32,000 nt of DNA. Source: Mycolicibacterium smegmatis. Lineage in GTDB: Bacteria; Actinomycetota; Actinomycetes; Mycobacteriales; Mycobacteriaceae. Location: positions 1,050,001 to 1,082,000 of the forward strand of contig NZ_LN831039.1 in assembly GCF_001457595.1 (NCBI RefSeq), read 5' to 3'. This document shows positions 18,943-28,901 of the stretch, one piece after another; the stretch's first letter is position 1, and each line of letters begins with the position of its first letter. The notes under the pieces were generated by a model. That model made no database searches. It was not told the origin of the DNA and saw only the letters and a program-made list of their open reading frames with translations. The translations under genes and the position numbers were made by a program.

Positions 18943-19347
18943 GTGCCGACAATGTGCCCCTCACAGTCGCCGCCGTCGGAACCGGCCCGCGCGAAGTCCC
19001 TCGTCGAGACCGTCGGATTCGTCTTCTGGTTGGTCGCCGCGGTACTGCTGATGGTGGGTGGCATGATCGCGGCCTCGGTGTCGCTGCCCGGCCTGGACAC
19101 CGGACTGTTCCGTGGCGTGGGCGTGCTCATCGCCGTCGCCGGGGCGGGCATGGCGTTCCTGGCCGGCCGCAGCCGAAACGGTGATCCCCGGTTCCGTCGC
19201 GCGGCGATGGCGCTCTCGGTGGCGATCGTGGTGATCGTGGCGCTCACCGCACGACTCGGTGTGGTGCACATCCTGACCTTGATCGGCATCGTGCTGCTGA
19301 TCGTCGGGACGATCCTGAACGCCCTGCCGAGGAGAGACCGTGACTGA
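18943..19347 (+). CDS. Small membrane protein of unknown function
   Basis: LVETVGFVFWLVAAVLLMVGGMIAASVSL...AVLIAVAGAGMAFLAG... with four TM-like segments; start uncertain. Confidence 0.75.
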   Translation: MPTMCPSQSPPSEPARAKSLVETVGFVFWLVAAVLLMVGGMIAASVSLPGLDTGLFRGVGVLIAVAGAGMAFLAGRSRNGDPRFRRAAMALSVAIVVIVALTARLGVVHILTLIGIVLLIVGTILNALPRRDRD

Positions 19348-19876
19348 ACCCGCAGGCCACGAACCTCCCGAAGCGGCAGGGAGGTCCGGGGTCCCGGACG
19401 CGTCCGGCGCCGCCCCGGCCGGGGAGGTCCTGTTCTACGAGCAGGGCGCGAGTTGGGCGTGGTTGTTGTCCGGCCCGATCGCGGGTGTCGGCATGGCGAT
19501 CCTGCAGCGCACCGGCGGTTACGGCTATGACCTGTGGATCCCGCTGATCTTTTTGGTCCTGGTGTCCGGATTCATCGCGATCCAGATCAAGGCGGCTCGC
19601 ATCCACACCTCGGTCGAACTCACTCGCGAGACGCTGCGGCAGGGGACCGAGATCATCTCCATCGACGAGATCGTGGACATCTACCCCGAGGCGAGTGGTT
19701 CCGAGGTGCCCAAGTGGCAGTCGGCGCGTGCACTCGGCGAGCTCACCGGCGTCCCGCGCGGCCGGACCGGTATCGGGCTCAAGCTGACGGGTAAACGGGT
19801 GGCGCAGGCATGGGCACGACGGCATCGCACGCTTCGGGCCGCGCTGCAGCAGCTGGTGGAAGAGCGCACGCCGTGA
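19340..19876 (+). CDS. DUF3093-like membrane protein
   Basis: EVLFYEQGASWAWLLSGPIAGVGMAILQR...WIPLIFLVLVSGFIAIQIKAARIHTSVELTRETLRQGTEIISIDEIVDIYPEA; overlaps its neighbours as in an operon. Confidence 0.75.
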   Translation: MTEPAGHEPPEAAGRSGVPDASGAAPAGEVLFYEQGASWAWLLSGPIAGVGMAILQRTGGYGYDLWIPLIFLVLVSGFIAIQIKAARIHTSVELTRETLRQGTEIISIDEIVDIYPEASGSEVPKWQSARALGELTGVPRGRTGIGLKLTGKRVAQAWARRHRTLRAALQQLVEERTP

Positions 19877-20103
19877 AGGTTCGCGCGGTGTTGCAGATCG
19901 TGATCGCGGTGGTGGCCGCGGTCGGCTGTGTGGTGAGTTGGGTCGCGTCGAGAGCGACCGTCGAGGTCGCGCCGGTGCTGCCGGGGGAGCCGGTCACGTA
20001 TTCGGTGACGTACTCGGCGCCGATGCTCACCTTGGCGCTGCTGCTCGCGACGGTCGCGGGCGTGCTCGCCGTGCTCGGCGTCGCCAACGCGCTGCGCCGC
20101 TGA
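19873..20103 (+). CDS. Small two-TM hypothetical membrane protein
   Basis: MKVRAVLQIVIAVVAAVGCVVSWVASRATVEVAPV...LTLALLLATVAGVLAVLGVANALRR; GTG 19873 overlaps the upstream stop (GTGA). Confidence 0.7.
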   Translation: MKVRAVLQIVIAVVAAVGCVVSWVASRATVEVAPVLPGEPVTYSVTYSAPMLTLALLLATVAGVLAVLGVANALRR

Positions 20104-20155
20104 TCGCCGATCGTCACAAGGCCGAGATGTTCGACGTGAGCACCCTCACACGCGC

Positions 20156-20184
20156 TTGGTACAAAGTACGCAATCTGTAACACT
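20156..20184 (+). promoter_or_regulatory. Putative promoter and imperfect operator for the MpaB-like/TetR pair
   Basis: TTGGTA (20156-20161), 16-nt spacer, TAACAC (20178-20183), 7 nt before ATG 20191; imperfect palindrome TTGGTAC-AAA-GTACGCAA. Confidence 0.4.
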
Positions 20185-21060
20185 GTGTCCATGACGGAGT
20201 TGGCGGAAAGCCGCGCAGAAACCGACGCCCTGCCTCTCGGGCCACAGTCGCTGGTGTGGAAGTACTTCGGCGACAACCGCATGTTCCTCATCGGACCCCG
20301 GCCCGCCGTGCTTCAGAACATGCTGGCCGAACTCGGACAGGGCGTGCTGGACCACTCGACGTTCTTCTCCGACACCGCCGAACGCCTGCGGCGCACCATC
20401 CCGCCCATCTTCCGCACGGTGTACGGCACCGAGGAGGACAACGCGGGCACCCAGGTCCGAGACTTCCATCATCACGTGAAGGGCGATATGCCCGGACCGG
20501 ACGGTAAGCCCGCGGGCCGCTACCACGCCCTCGATCCGGACACGTACTACTGGGCCCACGCGACGTTCGTCGAACAGGTCATCTACTTCGCGGACACCTT
20601 CGTCAAGCGACTCACGCGCGAGGAGAAGGAACGGATCTACCTGGAGTCCAAGACCTGGTACCGGCGTTACGGTGTCAGCGACCGGCCCATGCCGGCCGAC
20701 TATGCCGAATTCGAGAAGTACTGGGACCGCATGCTCAACGAGGTGGCCGTTCCGCACAAGAGCGCCAAGTACGGCGTCGGGTACGTCACCAAGGGTTTTC
20801 CCTGCCCCAAGGCCGTGCACCCGGCGGTGTGGCGCGTCGTCGCGCTGGTGTTCAACCCGCTCGCGGCGTTCCTCACCACCGGTGGCCTGCCACCACGCGC
20901 CCGCGACCTGCTCGGGTTGCCATGGAGCGAGCGTCAGGAACAGCGCTATCAGCGGTTCGCGGCATTCTGGAGGTCCCGCCCGGTCAATTGGGTGTGGGAT
21001 CATCTGCCGATGAGCGTGCGCTACAGCAAATACGCCCGGCAGGCCTATGCCCGGGCCTGA
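20185..21060 (+). CDS. Oxygenase MpaB-like family protein (DUF2236)
   Basis: [52 protein letters not shown]...[41 protein letters not shown]; ATG 20191 is an alternative start. Confidence 0.85.
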   Translation: MSMTELAESRAETDALPLGPQSLVWKYFGDNRMFLIGPRPAVLQNMLAELGQGVLDHSTFFSDTAERLRRTIPPIFRTVYGTEEDNAGTQVRDFHHHVKGDMPGPDGKPAGRYHALDPDTYYWAHATFVEQVIYFADTFVKRLTREEKERIYLESKTWYRRYGVSDRPMPADYAEFEKYWDRMLNEVAVPHKSAKYGVGYVTKGFPCPKAVHPAVWRVVALVFNPLAAFLTTGGLPPRARDLLGLPWSERQEQRYQRFAAFWRSRPVNWVWDHLPMSVRYSKYARQAYARA

Positions 21061-21640
21061 CGCGGCCAGTCGAGCGATCCTGGACGCAGCACTCGTCGAG
21101 TTCGAGCGCTACGGGTTCCGTCGCGTCGCACTCGACGATGTCGCGCGGCGTGCCGGTGTCAGCCGCACCACGATCTACCGCCGGTTCGCCAACCGCGACG
21201 ACCTGGTGGGCGCGGTGATCGAACGCGAAAACGTCTCGCTGTTCGCAGACATCGCGGCCGAACTCAAGGACGCCAAGCCGCAGTCCAACATCTACGTCGA
21301 GGCGTTCACGCTGTCGATCCTGAGGTTCCGCCGACACCGCGTGCTCAACCAGATGATGAAGGACGAGCCCGCGCTGGTCCTCGAGCTCGCGCACCGGCAC
21401 TACGGCGCCGCGATCGAACGCATGGCCGCCGCGCTGCGGGTGATCTTCCCTGAGGGTTTCGCCGACCGGATCGGGGAGGCCGCGGTCAACGACCTGGCCG
21501 ACACCATCCTGCGGTACGCGCTGATGGCGCTCTTGATCCCGAGCGTCGAACCCCTCGAGACCGCCGACGACATCCGCTCGTTCGCCACCCGGCATTTCCT
21601 GCCGAGCCTGCCGGTGTCGTTACGCGTGGTGCCTGCCTGA
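21047..21640 (+). CDS. TetR/AcrR family transcriptional regulator
   Basis: [49 protein letters not shown]. Confidence 0.93.
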   Translation: MPGPDAASRAILDAALVEFERYGFRRVALDDVARRAGVSRTTIYRRFANRDDLVGAVIERENVSLFADIAAELKDAKPQSNIYVEAFTLSILRFRRHRVLNQMMKDEPALVLELAHRHYGAAIERMAAALRVIFPEGFADRIGEAAVNDLADTILRYALMALLIPSVEPLETADDIRSFATRHFLPSLPVSLRVVPA

Positions 21641-21744
21641 TCGGCCACGCCACACCTCGGCGCGTCGGCCGCAGAGAAGTTCCCTACGGAACCGACTCCC
21701 GCGCATCCGGTTTGGTGCTGTACGCGTTCGGGCAGCCGACATCC

Positions 21745-21957
21745 ATGACCACCGACAACAGCAAGCGCACCGAAGCGCCCCCGATCACCGATGCGCACCG
21801 TGAAGAAGCCAAGCGCGTGATGCGGGCATACGACGAAGATCGTCCCACCACGGTCCTGCCCGGAAGCGGCGGAACCGTGGCCGGAACTGCCGTGACCGAC
21901 TGGGTGGACGACGACGGCGAGCCGATCTTCGGCGAGCAGGGCGAGAAAGCCGAGTAG
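21745..21957 (+). CDS. Hypothetical protein, ~70 aa
   Basis: MTTDNSKRTEAPPITDAHREEAKRVMRAYDEDRPTTVLPGSGGTVAGTAVTDWVDDDGEPIFGEQGEKAE; coding-like composition. Confidence 0.6.
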   Translation: MTTDNSKRTEAPPITDAHREEAKRVMRAYDEDRPTTVLPGSGGTVAGTAVTDWVDDDGEPIFGEQGEKAE

Positions 21958-21993
21958 GCCGATGTGAGGGGCGCGTGACCTACTGTGGCTCCC

Positions 21994-22476
21994 GTGACCC
22001 CCTTCGAACAGATCGCCCCCGCCTTCGTCGAGATGGCCCACTCGATCGTGTGGGCCTCGGCCGCCACGGTCGACGCCGACGGTCGCCCCAGAAGCCGTGT
22101 TCTCCATCCGATCTGGGAGTTCGACGGTCCAGATCTGTTCGGGTGGATCGCCACGGTGCCCTCACCGGTCAAGCGGGCGCACCTGGCCGAACACCCCTAC
22201 ATGTCGCTGAACTACTGGGCGCCCAACCACGACACGTGCTCGGCCGAGTGTCTGGTCGAGTGGTACACCGACGACGAGACCTGCCGACTGGTCTGGGACA
22301 AATTCGCCAACGGCCCCGCGCCCGTCGGTTACGACCCGAACATCATCCCGCAGTGGCGTGGCGGCCCGACGTCGCCGGAGTTCGCTGCACTGCGTCTTGC
22401 ACCGTATCGCCTGCGCGTGATGCCAGGGACTGTGATGACGGCCGGCGAGGGCGAGCCCTTGCTGTGGCAGTCGTGA
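21994..22476 (+). CDS. Pyridoxamine 5'-phosphate oxidase-like / FMN-binding split-barrel protein
   Basis: MTPFEQIAPAFVEMAHSIVWASAATVDADGRPRSRVLHPIWEFDGPDLFGWIATVPSPVKRAHLAEHPYMSLNYWAPNHDT. Confidence 0.82.
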   Translation: MTPFEQIAPAFVEMAHSIVWASAATVDADGRPRSRVLHPIWEFDGPDLFGWIATVPSPVKRAHLAEHPYMSLNYWAPNHDTCSAECLVEWYTDDETCRLVWDKFANGPAPVGYDPNIIPQWRGGPTSPEFAALRLAPYRLRVMPGTVMTAGEGEPLLWQS

Positions 22477-23101
22477 GAGACCGGTGGATGAATGCATCCC
22501 TAGCACATCCGCGTCGTCGCATGTGTGAAAATCATGAGGACGTGACATTCATCACGACCCGGAATAGTTGCCCACGCAAGTTGCGGTTTCCGCACCCGCT
22601 GCAGTTAACGGAGTCGGGCCGTCGATACGGCGGCGAAGATCATCCGGCAGATTGGCGCCTGGTTAAACCCGCGTAAACACTGGTACCGCCGGTCCGTGCC
22701 GGAAAAGGTTTTGCCTCACGGTGAATATGTGACCTGAATTGCACTTCACGGGTAAAAGCGGAGGTAACCGACGGTTGCCGCAGCACCCTCACAGCTTGGG
22801 CCAAGGTGACGTGCAGCGCACGCCTGCCGGTGCCGGATGTCGGCCACCGCAAACTGTCAGGGTCTGCCAGAAAGTCGGCCAGCAAACTTACTCGCGGCTG
22901 TTGCGCGGAGGGCGGTTGTGGGACGTATCCGTTGCTGCCGCGCGCCCTGGCGTTTATGTTTCTGCTGCCAACTGTGAGCGAGGCATTAGAGACAGATGTG
23001 ATCCTCTTAGATCTCCGAAGTCTCTGAACAGGTGTTGAGCCGGTTGCAGACAACAAAACAGGTGGGCCTGAGGGGCCGCCGGCGATACAGCTAGGGAGAA
23101 C

Positions 23102-23737
23102 ATGAAGGCAATCAGTCGGGTGCTGATCGCGATGGTTGCAGCCATCGCGGCGCTTTTCACGAGCACAGGCACCTCTCACGCAGGCCTGGACAACGAGCTG
23201 AGCCTCGTTGATGGCCAGGACCGCACCCTCACCGTGCAGCAGTGGGACACCTTCCTCAATGGTGTGTTCCCCCTGGACCGCAACCGTCTTACCCGTGAGT
23301 GGTTCCACTCCGGTCGCGCCAAGTACATCGTGGCCGGCCCCGGTGCCGACGAGTTCGAGGGCACGCTGGAACTCGGCTACCAGATCGGCTTCCCGTGGTC
23401 GCTGGGTGTGGGCATCAACTTCAGCTACACCACCCCGAACATCCTGATCGACGGCGGTGACATCACCGCTCCGCCGTTCGGCCTGAACTCGGTCATCACC
23501 CCGAACCTGTTCCCCGGTGTGTCGATCTCGGCAGATCTGGGCAACGGCCCCGGCATCCAGGAAGTCGCAACGTTCTCGGTCGACGTCTCCGGCGCCGAGG
23601 GTGGCGTGGCCGTGTCGAACGCCCACGGCACCGTGACCGGTGCGGCCGGCGGTGTGCTGCTGCGTCCGTTCGCCCGCCTGATCGCCTCGACCGGTGACTC
23701 GGTCACCACCTACGGCGAACCCTGGAACATGAACTGA
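23102..23737 (+). CDS. mspA: Outer-membrane porin MspA precursor (27-aa signal peptide)
   Basis: MKAISRVLIAMVAAIAALFTSTGTSHA|GLDNELSLVDGQDRTLTVQQWDTFLNGVFPLDRNRLTREWFHSGRAKYIVAGPGADEFEG...TTYGEPWNMN; RBS-like GGGAGA before ATG. Confidence 0.98.
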   Translation: MKAISRVLIAMVAAIAALFTSTGTSHAGLDNELSLVDGQDRTLTVQQWDTFLNGVFPLDRNRLTREWFHSGRAKYIVAGPGADEFEGTLELGYQIGFPWSLGVGINFSYTTPNILIDGGDITAPPFGLNSVITPNLFPGVSISADLGNGPGIQEVATFSVDVSGAEGGVAVSNAHGTVTGAAGGVLLRPFARLIASTGDSVTTYGEPWNMN

Positions 23738-23743
23738 TTCCTG

Positions 23744-23758
23744 GACCGCCGTTCGGTC
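23744..23758 (+). terminator. Possible mspA terminator hairpin
   Basis: GACCG-CCGTT-CGGTC, 7 nt after the mspA stop, no U-tract. Confidence 0.3.
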
Positions 23759-23877
23759 GCTGAGACCGCTTGAGATCGGCGCGTCCCGCTCCCGGTGTCG
23801 TCAGCTCATCGTTGACACGTGAACTGACACTCTTCCTAGCCGGAGCGGACGCGCCGATCTTGTGTTCTGAGCAGTTC

Positions 23878-24261
23878 TCAGTCCGTCCGCCGCAACACCA
23901 GCGCTGACGGCGTACGCAGCCTGCCCACCACCGCGCGCCAGGGACGCCCCAGCCTGGGCACCACCTCAGCGGTCGGCACGATGCGCGGATCGGTCACCTC
24001 GAACGTCTCACCGTTCATCACCGCGCGGCCGCCGCGGGCCGCGAACAGGTTGCGCACCCAGTCCCGGTCCTCGCCGTACGGCAGCAGGATCGCGACACCG
24101 TCGGCGACACGGAACATGGTCACCGGGGTGCGGTAGACGGTTCCGCTGCGACGCCCGAGGTGCTCGATCAGTGACCACATCGCCACCCGTCCCGACAGAG
24201 GACGCACTATCCGATTGATGACACGCCGGTTGAACCGGGCGCGCTCGTCGGCCAACAGCAT
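23878..24261 (-). CDS. DUF385/deazaflavin (F420)-dependent nitroreductase-like protein, paralog 1
   Basis: MLLADERARFNRRVINRIVRPLSGRVAMWSLIEHLGRRSGTVYRTPVTMFRVADGVAILLPYGEDRDWVRNLFAARGG; start trimmed from track ORF. Confidence 0.82.
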   Translation of the reverse strand: MLLADERARFNRRVINRIVRPLSGRVAMWSLIEHLGRRSGTVYRTPVTMFRVADGVAILLPYGEDRDWVRNLFAARGGRAVMNGETFEVTDPRIVPTAEVVPRLGRPWRAVVGRLRTPSALVLRRTD

Positions 24262-24283
24262 CAGATGTGACCTTCCGATCCGA

Positions 24284-24664
24284 CTAGACCCGACGAAGCA
24301 GGACGGCCTGCTCGAACGGCAACCGCGCGAGCACCTTCCGGATGGGGCCACGCACCCGCGCGACGGCCTCGTCGCGCGGGACCACCCGCGGATCGGTGAC
24401 GCGGATCGTCTTGCCATGCCTGCGCATGTCTGCGGTGCCCGCGGCCGTGAGGTTCTTGAGCCAGTCACGGTCGGGGCCGTAGGTCAGCAGGATCGCGACA
24501 CCCTCGTCGGTGCCGAACACCGACAGCGGGGTGCGGTAGTGCTTTCCGGACTTGCGCCCGACGTGTTCGAGGATGCCGAACGTCGGTGCCCATCCCGCCC
24601 AGATCCGCTGGATGGGGTTGGTGACATGACGGTTGAACCGGGCCAGCCATTGCGGAAGTTGCAT
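24284..24664 (-). CDS. DUF385/deazaflavin (F420)-dependent nitroreductase-like protein, paralog 2
   Basis: MQLPQWLARFNRHVTNPIQRIWAGWAPTFGILEHVGRKSGKHYRTPLSVFGTDEGVAILLTYGPDRDWLKNLTAAG; start trimmed from track ORF. Confidence 0.85.
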   Translation of the reverse strand: MQLPQWLARFNRHVTNPIQRIWAGWAPTFGILEHVGRKSGKHYRTPLSVFGTDEGVAILLTYGPDRDWLKNLTAAGTADMRRHGKTIRVTDPRVVPRDEAVARVRGPIRKVLARLPFEQAVLLRRV

Positions 24665-24749
24665 GGGGCCATCATGCGCATACGCCGTCCGTGCGGACCA
24701 GATTTTCGAATTCCGTTTGCGCGGCGCGGTTTTTGTCGAAACTGAACGC

Positions 24750-26204
24750 ATGGTCTCGGATGTTCCCGCGGTGACGGCACCGCCGGGCAGGTCGGCGGAT
24801 GCGTCAGGTGCGAATGCCAAGCCGGACACCGGCGCCTTGCCACTGGCGCCCCGCAACCCGCTGTCGCTGCGTCAGATGGCACGCGCGGTGCGGGCCCTGG
24901 ACATGGGCCAGCAGGTGATCCGCGCCGCGGGTGGAGCGGTGACCCGCGTGCAGTTTGGGCCGCGATGGCTGGTGCCGCCTCTGGTCGCGGTGTTCTCGCC
25001 CGAGGGGATCCGCGACGTGCTGGGGCGCAACGACGCATTCGCCGAGCGGTGCATCGTGCACGACGAGGTGCGGCATGCCGCCGGGGACAGCCTGTTCGTG
25101 CTGCCCAACGAACAGTGGCGCCCGCGCAAACGCGCGCTGCAGCCGGTGTTCACCAAGCACAGCGTGCGCGCGTTCGGCGGGCACATGTCGCGCGCCGCGC
25201 AGACCCTCGTGGACGAGTGGGCCGACCAGTGGGCGCAGGCCGATTCTCTGGAGGTCGACCTCGACGCCGTGTGCCGCCGCGTGACCATGCAGTCGCTGGG
25301 GCGCTCGGTGCTGGGCATCGACCTCAACGAGCGAGCTGACGTCATCGTCGAACACATGCACGTCGCGTCGTCGTACGCGACGGACCGGGCGCTGCGCCCG
25401 CTGCGCGCCCCGCGGTGGCTGCCCACGCCCGCGCGGCGACGCGCCCGCGCCGCGGTGGCCGCGATGCGTGCCGTGACCGCCGAGATCCTGCAGGCCTGCC
25501 GCGACGACGCCGACCGCGACGCGCCGCTGGTGCGCGCGCTCATGGCGGCCGAGGACCCGGAGACCGGCGAGCGCCTGTCCGACGAGGACATCTGCAACGA
25601 CCTGTTGATCTTCATGCTGGCCGGTCATGACACCACTGCCACGGCGCTCACCTATGCGCTGTGGGCGCTGGGACACCACCCCGAGATCCAGGACCGGGTG
25701 GCCGCCGAGGCCCGCGCGCTCGGTGACCGCGAGCTCACCCCGGCCGACGTCCCGCAGCTCGGCTACACCGTGCAGGTGCTGCACGAGTCACTGCGGATGT
25801 GCCCGCCTGCCGCGGGGGTGGGGCGCCTGGCACTGCGCGACATCGCGGTCGCAGGCCACCGCGTCGAGGCGGGCAGCCTCGTCGCACTGGGCATCTACGC
25901 CGTGCACCACGACCCGCAGCTGTGGCCCGACCCAGAGGTGTTCGATCCCGACCGGTTCAGCCCCGAGAACTCCCGCGAGCGCGACCGCTGGCATTTCATC
26001 CCCTTCGCCGGGGGAGCGCGCGCGTGCATCGGGGAGCACTTCGCGCGTTTGGAGACGACGCTGGCGCTCGCGACGATCATCCGGTCGGTGGTGGTCGGAT
26101 CGGTCGATGCCGAGTTCCCCGTCGACGTGCCGTTCACCACAGTCGCGAAGGGGCCGATCAGGGCGAATGTGGCCCCACGTGGGCCTGACCACTACACCCT
26201 GTAG
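24750..26204 (+). CDS. Cytochrome P450
   Basis: I-helix [17 protein letters not shown], Exx[14 protein letters not shown], heme-binding [21 protein letters not shown] 24750 preferred over track start 24633. Confidence 0.96.
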   Translation: MVSDVPAVTAPPGRSADASGANAKPDTGALPLAPRNPLSLRQMARAVRALDMGQQVIRAAGGAVTRVQFGPRWLVPPLVAVFSPEGIRDVLGRNDAFAERCIVHDEVRHAAGDSLFVLPNEQWRPRKRALQPVFTKHSVRAFGGHMSRAAQTLVDEWADQWAQADSLEVDLDAVCRRVTMQSLGRSVLGIDLNERADVIVEHMHVASSYATDRALRPLRAPRWLPTPARRRARAAVAAMRAVTAEILQACRDDADRDAPLVRALMAAEDPETGERLSDEDICNDLLIFMLAGHDTTATALTYALWALGHHPEIQDRVAAEARALGDRELTPADVPQLGYTVQVLHESLRMCPPAAGVGRLALRDIAVAGHRVEAGSLVALGIYAVHHDPQLWPDPEVFDPDRFSPENSRERDRWHFIPFAGGARACIGEHFARLETTLALATIIRSVVVGSVDAEFPVDVPFTTVAKGPIRANVAPRGPDHYTL

Positions 26205-26233
26205 TTGACTCGGTTGCACCGGCTGGGACACTG

Positions 26234-27589
26234 GTGGCCATGCGTGTCGACCAAACATGCGGATCCGAGGAGCACAGCCCCGCCTCGACCCAGCGCTCGG
26301 CCCAACTTTTCGCCGATGCCTGCGCGGTCATCCCCGGCGGCGTCAACTCTCCCGTCCGCGCCTTCAACTCGGTGGGAGGCACCCCCAGGTTCATCACGTC
26401 GGCCGGCGGCTACTGGCTGACCGACGCCGACGGCAACCGCTACATCGACCTGGTGTGCTCGTGGGGTCCGATGCTGCTCGGCCACGCCCACCCCGCGGTC
26501 GTCGAGGCCGTGCGCAAGGTCGCCGAGCACGGCCTGAGCTTCGGCGCGCCGACGCCCTCGGAGACCGAACTCGCCGCCGAGATCATCGACCGTGTCGCGC
26601 CCGTCGAGATGATGCGGTTCGTCAACTCGGGCACCGAGGCCACCATGAGCGCGATCCGGTTGGCCCGCGGGTTCACCGGCCGCGCCAAGATCGTCAAGTT
26701 CTCGGGCTGCTACCACGGCCACAGCGACGCGCTGCTCGCCGACGCCGGATCGGGCGTCGCGACCCTCGGTCTGCCGTCCTCGCCGGGTGTCACCGGCGCC
26801 GCGGCCGCCGACACGATCGTGATCCCGTACAACAACGTCGCCGCCGTCGAGGACGTGTTCGCCCACTTCGGTGACGAAATCGCCTGTGTGATCAGTGAAG
26901 CCAGCCCCGGCAACATGGGCACCGTGCCGCCGCTGCCCGGTTTCAACGCCGCGTTGCGGCGCATCACCGCCGAGCACGGCGCGCTGCTGATCCTCGACGA
27001 GGTGATGACGGGGTTCCGTGTGAGCCGCTCGGGCTGGTACGGCCTGGATCCCGTGGAGGCCGACCTGCTGACGTTCGGCAAGGTCATGAGCGGCGGTCTG
27101 CCCGCCGCGGCGTTCGGCGGCCGCACAGAGGTCATGAGCCGTCTGGCCCCGCTGGGCCCGGTGTATCAGGCGGGCACGCTGTCGGGTAACCCGGTCGCGA
27201 TGGCGGCGGGTCTGACCACGCTGCGCCACGCCGACGACGCGGTCTACGCCAAGCTCGACGCGAACGCCGACCGGTTGGCGGGTCTGCTCACCGGCGCGCT
27301 CACCGAAGCGGGCGTAGCGCATCAGGTGCAGCGGGCCGGGAACATGCTCAGCGTGTTCTTCACCGACGCACCCGTGCATGATTTCGCCGCCGCGAAGGCC
27401 ACCGAGACCTGGCGGTTCCCGCCGTTCTTCCACGCCCTGCTGGAGCGTGGGGTCTACCCGCCGTGCAGCGCGTTCGAGACCTGGTTCGTCTCGGCGGCCC
27501 TCGACGACGACGCGTTCGCGCGCATCGCCGAGGCGCTGCCGGCCGCCGCGCGTGCGGCCGCCGCGGCCACCCCGGAGGGCACGGCGTGA
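26234..27589 (+). CDS. hemL: Glutamate-1-semialdehyde 2,1-aminomutase
   Basis: [29 protein letters not shown]...[36 protein letters not shown]...[18 protein letters not shown]. Confidence 0.97.
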   Translation: MAMRVDQTCGSEEHSPASTQRSAQLFADACAVIPGGVNSPVRAFNSVGGTPRFITSAGGYWLTDADGNRYIDLVCSWGPMLLGHAHPAVVEAVRKVAEHGLSFGAPTPSETELAAEIIDRVAPVEMMRFVNSGTEATMSAIRLARGFTGRAKIVKFSGCYHGHSDALLADAGSGVATLGLPSSPGVTGAAAADTIVIPYNNVAAVEDVFAHFGDEIACVISEASPGNMGTVPPLPGFNAALRRITAEHGALLILDEVMTGFRVSRSGWYGLDPVEADLLTFGKVMSGGLPAAAFGGRTEVMSRLAPLGPVYQAGTLSGNPVAMAAGLTTLRHADDAVYAKLDANADRLAGLLTGALTEAGVAHQVQRAGNMLSVFFTDAPVHDFAAAKATETWRFPPFFHALLERGVYPPCSAFETWFVSAALDDDAFARIAEALPAAARAAAAATPEGTA

Positions 27590-28248
27590 GCGACGGGACC
27601 TCGGCGTCTGCTCCGGCGTCTGCTTCCGGATCGGGCCCCGTGCGCACCACCGTCCACGTGATGCGCCACGGCGAGGTGCACAACCCCGCCAAGGTGCTCT
27701 ACGGGCGGCTGCCCGGCTATCACCTGTCCGAGCGTGGCCGTGCGCAGGCGCGGTCCGCTGCCGACTGGCTGGCCGGCCGCGACATCGTCTACCTCGTCGC
27801 GTCACCGCTGGAGCGCGCACAGGAGACCGCGGCGCCCATCGCCGAGAGTCACGGCCTGTCGATCGACACCGACGACGACCTCATCGAGTCGTGGAACACC
27901 TTCGAGGGCCAGAAGGTCGCGCCGGGTGACGGCGCGCTGCGCGATCCGCGCAACTGGCCGCGCCTGCGCGATCCCCGCAAGCCGTCGTGGGGTGAGCCGT
28001 ACCACGAGGTCGCGGCACGCATGATGGCCGCGCTGCACCGCGCCCGGCTCAAGGCCGCGGGGCACGAGGCGGTGTGCGTGAGCCACCAGTTGCCGGTCGA
28101 GACGCTGCGGCGCGCGATGACGGGCCGCAAGCTCGCGCATCTGCCGTTGCCGAACAGCAGGCTGTGCAATCTGGCGTCCATCACGTCGTTCACGTTCGAC
28201 GACGACCGGCTGATCCGCTGGGGATATTCGGAGCCCTGGGGAATCTGA
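27586..28248 (+). CDS. Histidine phosphatase (phosphoglycerate mutase-like) family protein
   Basis: [44 protein letters not shown]; GTG 27586 overlaps the hemL stop. Confidence 0.92.
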   Translation: MSDGTSASAPASASGSGPVRTTVHVMRHGEVHNPAKVLYGRLPGYHLSERGRAQARSAADWLAGRDIVYLVASPLERAQETAAPIAESHGLSIDTDDDLIESWNTFEGQKVAPGDGALRDPRNWPRLRDPRKPSWGEPYHEVAARMMAALHRARLKAAGHEAVCVSHQLPVETLRRAMTGRKLAHLPLPNSRLCNLASITSFTFDDDRLIRWGYSEPWGI

Positions 28249-28901
28249 TGCAGTCGTGGGTCGCCCGTGTGGTGGGTGTGACGCTGGCGGCGCTGTTCGC
28301 AGTGCTGACGGGTGCGCTCGCCGGTTGCTCGACGGGTGACGATGCGGTGGCCCAGGGTGGCACGTTCGAGTTCGTCGCCCCGGGCGGCAAGACTGACATC
28401 TTCTATGATCCGCCCCAAAGCCGCGGCCGCCCAGGCACATTGGCCGGACCCTTGCTCACCGACCCGTCGAAGACCATCTCGCTCGACGATTTCGCGGGCG
28501 AGGTCGTGGTGGTCAACGTGTGGGGTCAGTGGTGCGGGCCGTGCCGCGCGGAGATCACGCAGCTGCAAGAGGTCCACAACGCCACCAAGGACAAGGGCGT
28601 GGCGTTCCTCGGCATCGACGTGCGCGACAACAACCGCGACGCCGCAGTCGATTTCGTGAAGGACCGCAACGTCACGTTCCCGTCGATCTACGACCCGCCC
28701 ATGCGCACGATGATCGCGTTCGGCGGCAAGTACCCCACCACGGTCATCCCGTCCACGGTGGTGCTGGACCGTCAGCACCGCGTGGCGGCGGTGTTCCTGC
28801 GTGAACTGCTCGCCGAGGATCTCGAGCCGCTCATCGAACGTCTGCTCGCCGAACCGGCTGAGCCCGGCGAGCCCGCGGTGTCGAAAGAGCAGCGGCCGTG
28901 A
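28248..28901 (+). CDS. TlpA/ResA-like thiol-disulfide lipoprotein
   Basis: Lipobox LAGC after N-terminal TM ([20 protein letters not shown]), [22 protein letters not shown] thioredoxin motif; start ATG 28248 in TGATG overlap. Confidence 0.93.
   Translation: MQSWVARVVGVTLAALFAVLTGALAGCSTGDDAVAQGGTFEFVAPGGKTDIFYDPPQSRGRPGTLAGPLLTDPSKTISLDDFAGEVVVVNVWGQWCGPCRAEITQLQEVHNATKDKGVAFLGIDVRDNNRDAAVDFVKDRNVTFPSIYDPPMRTMIAFGGKYPTTVIPSTVVLDRQHRVAAVFLRELLAEDLEPLIERLLAEPAEPGEPAVSKEQRP

Noticed and set aside
22739-23038. 99-aa ORF in the mspA leader (and 22806-23027)
   Set aside because: TTG start, no convincing RBS, irregular composition and no recognisable motifs; may be a chance ORF, though Ribo-seq could revisit it.
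26192-27820. 542-aa minus-strand ORF antisense to hemL
   Set aside because: Arg/Gly/Ala/His-rich spurious translation; HemL on the plus strand is unambiguous.
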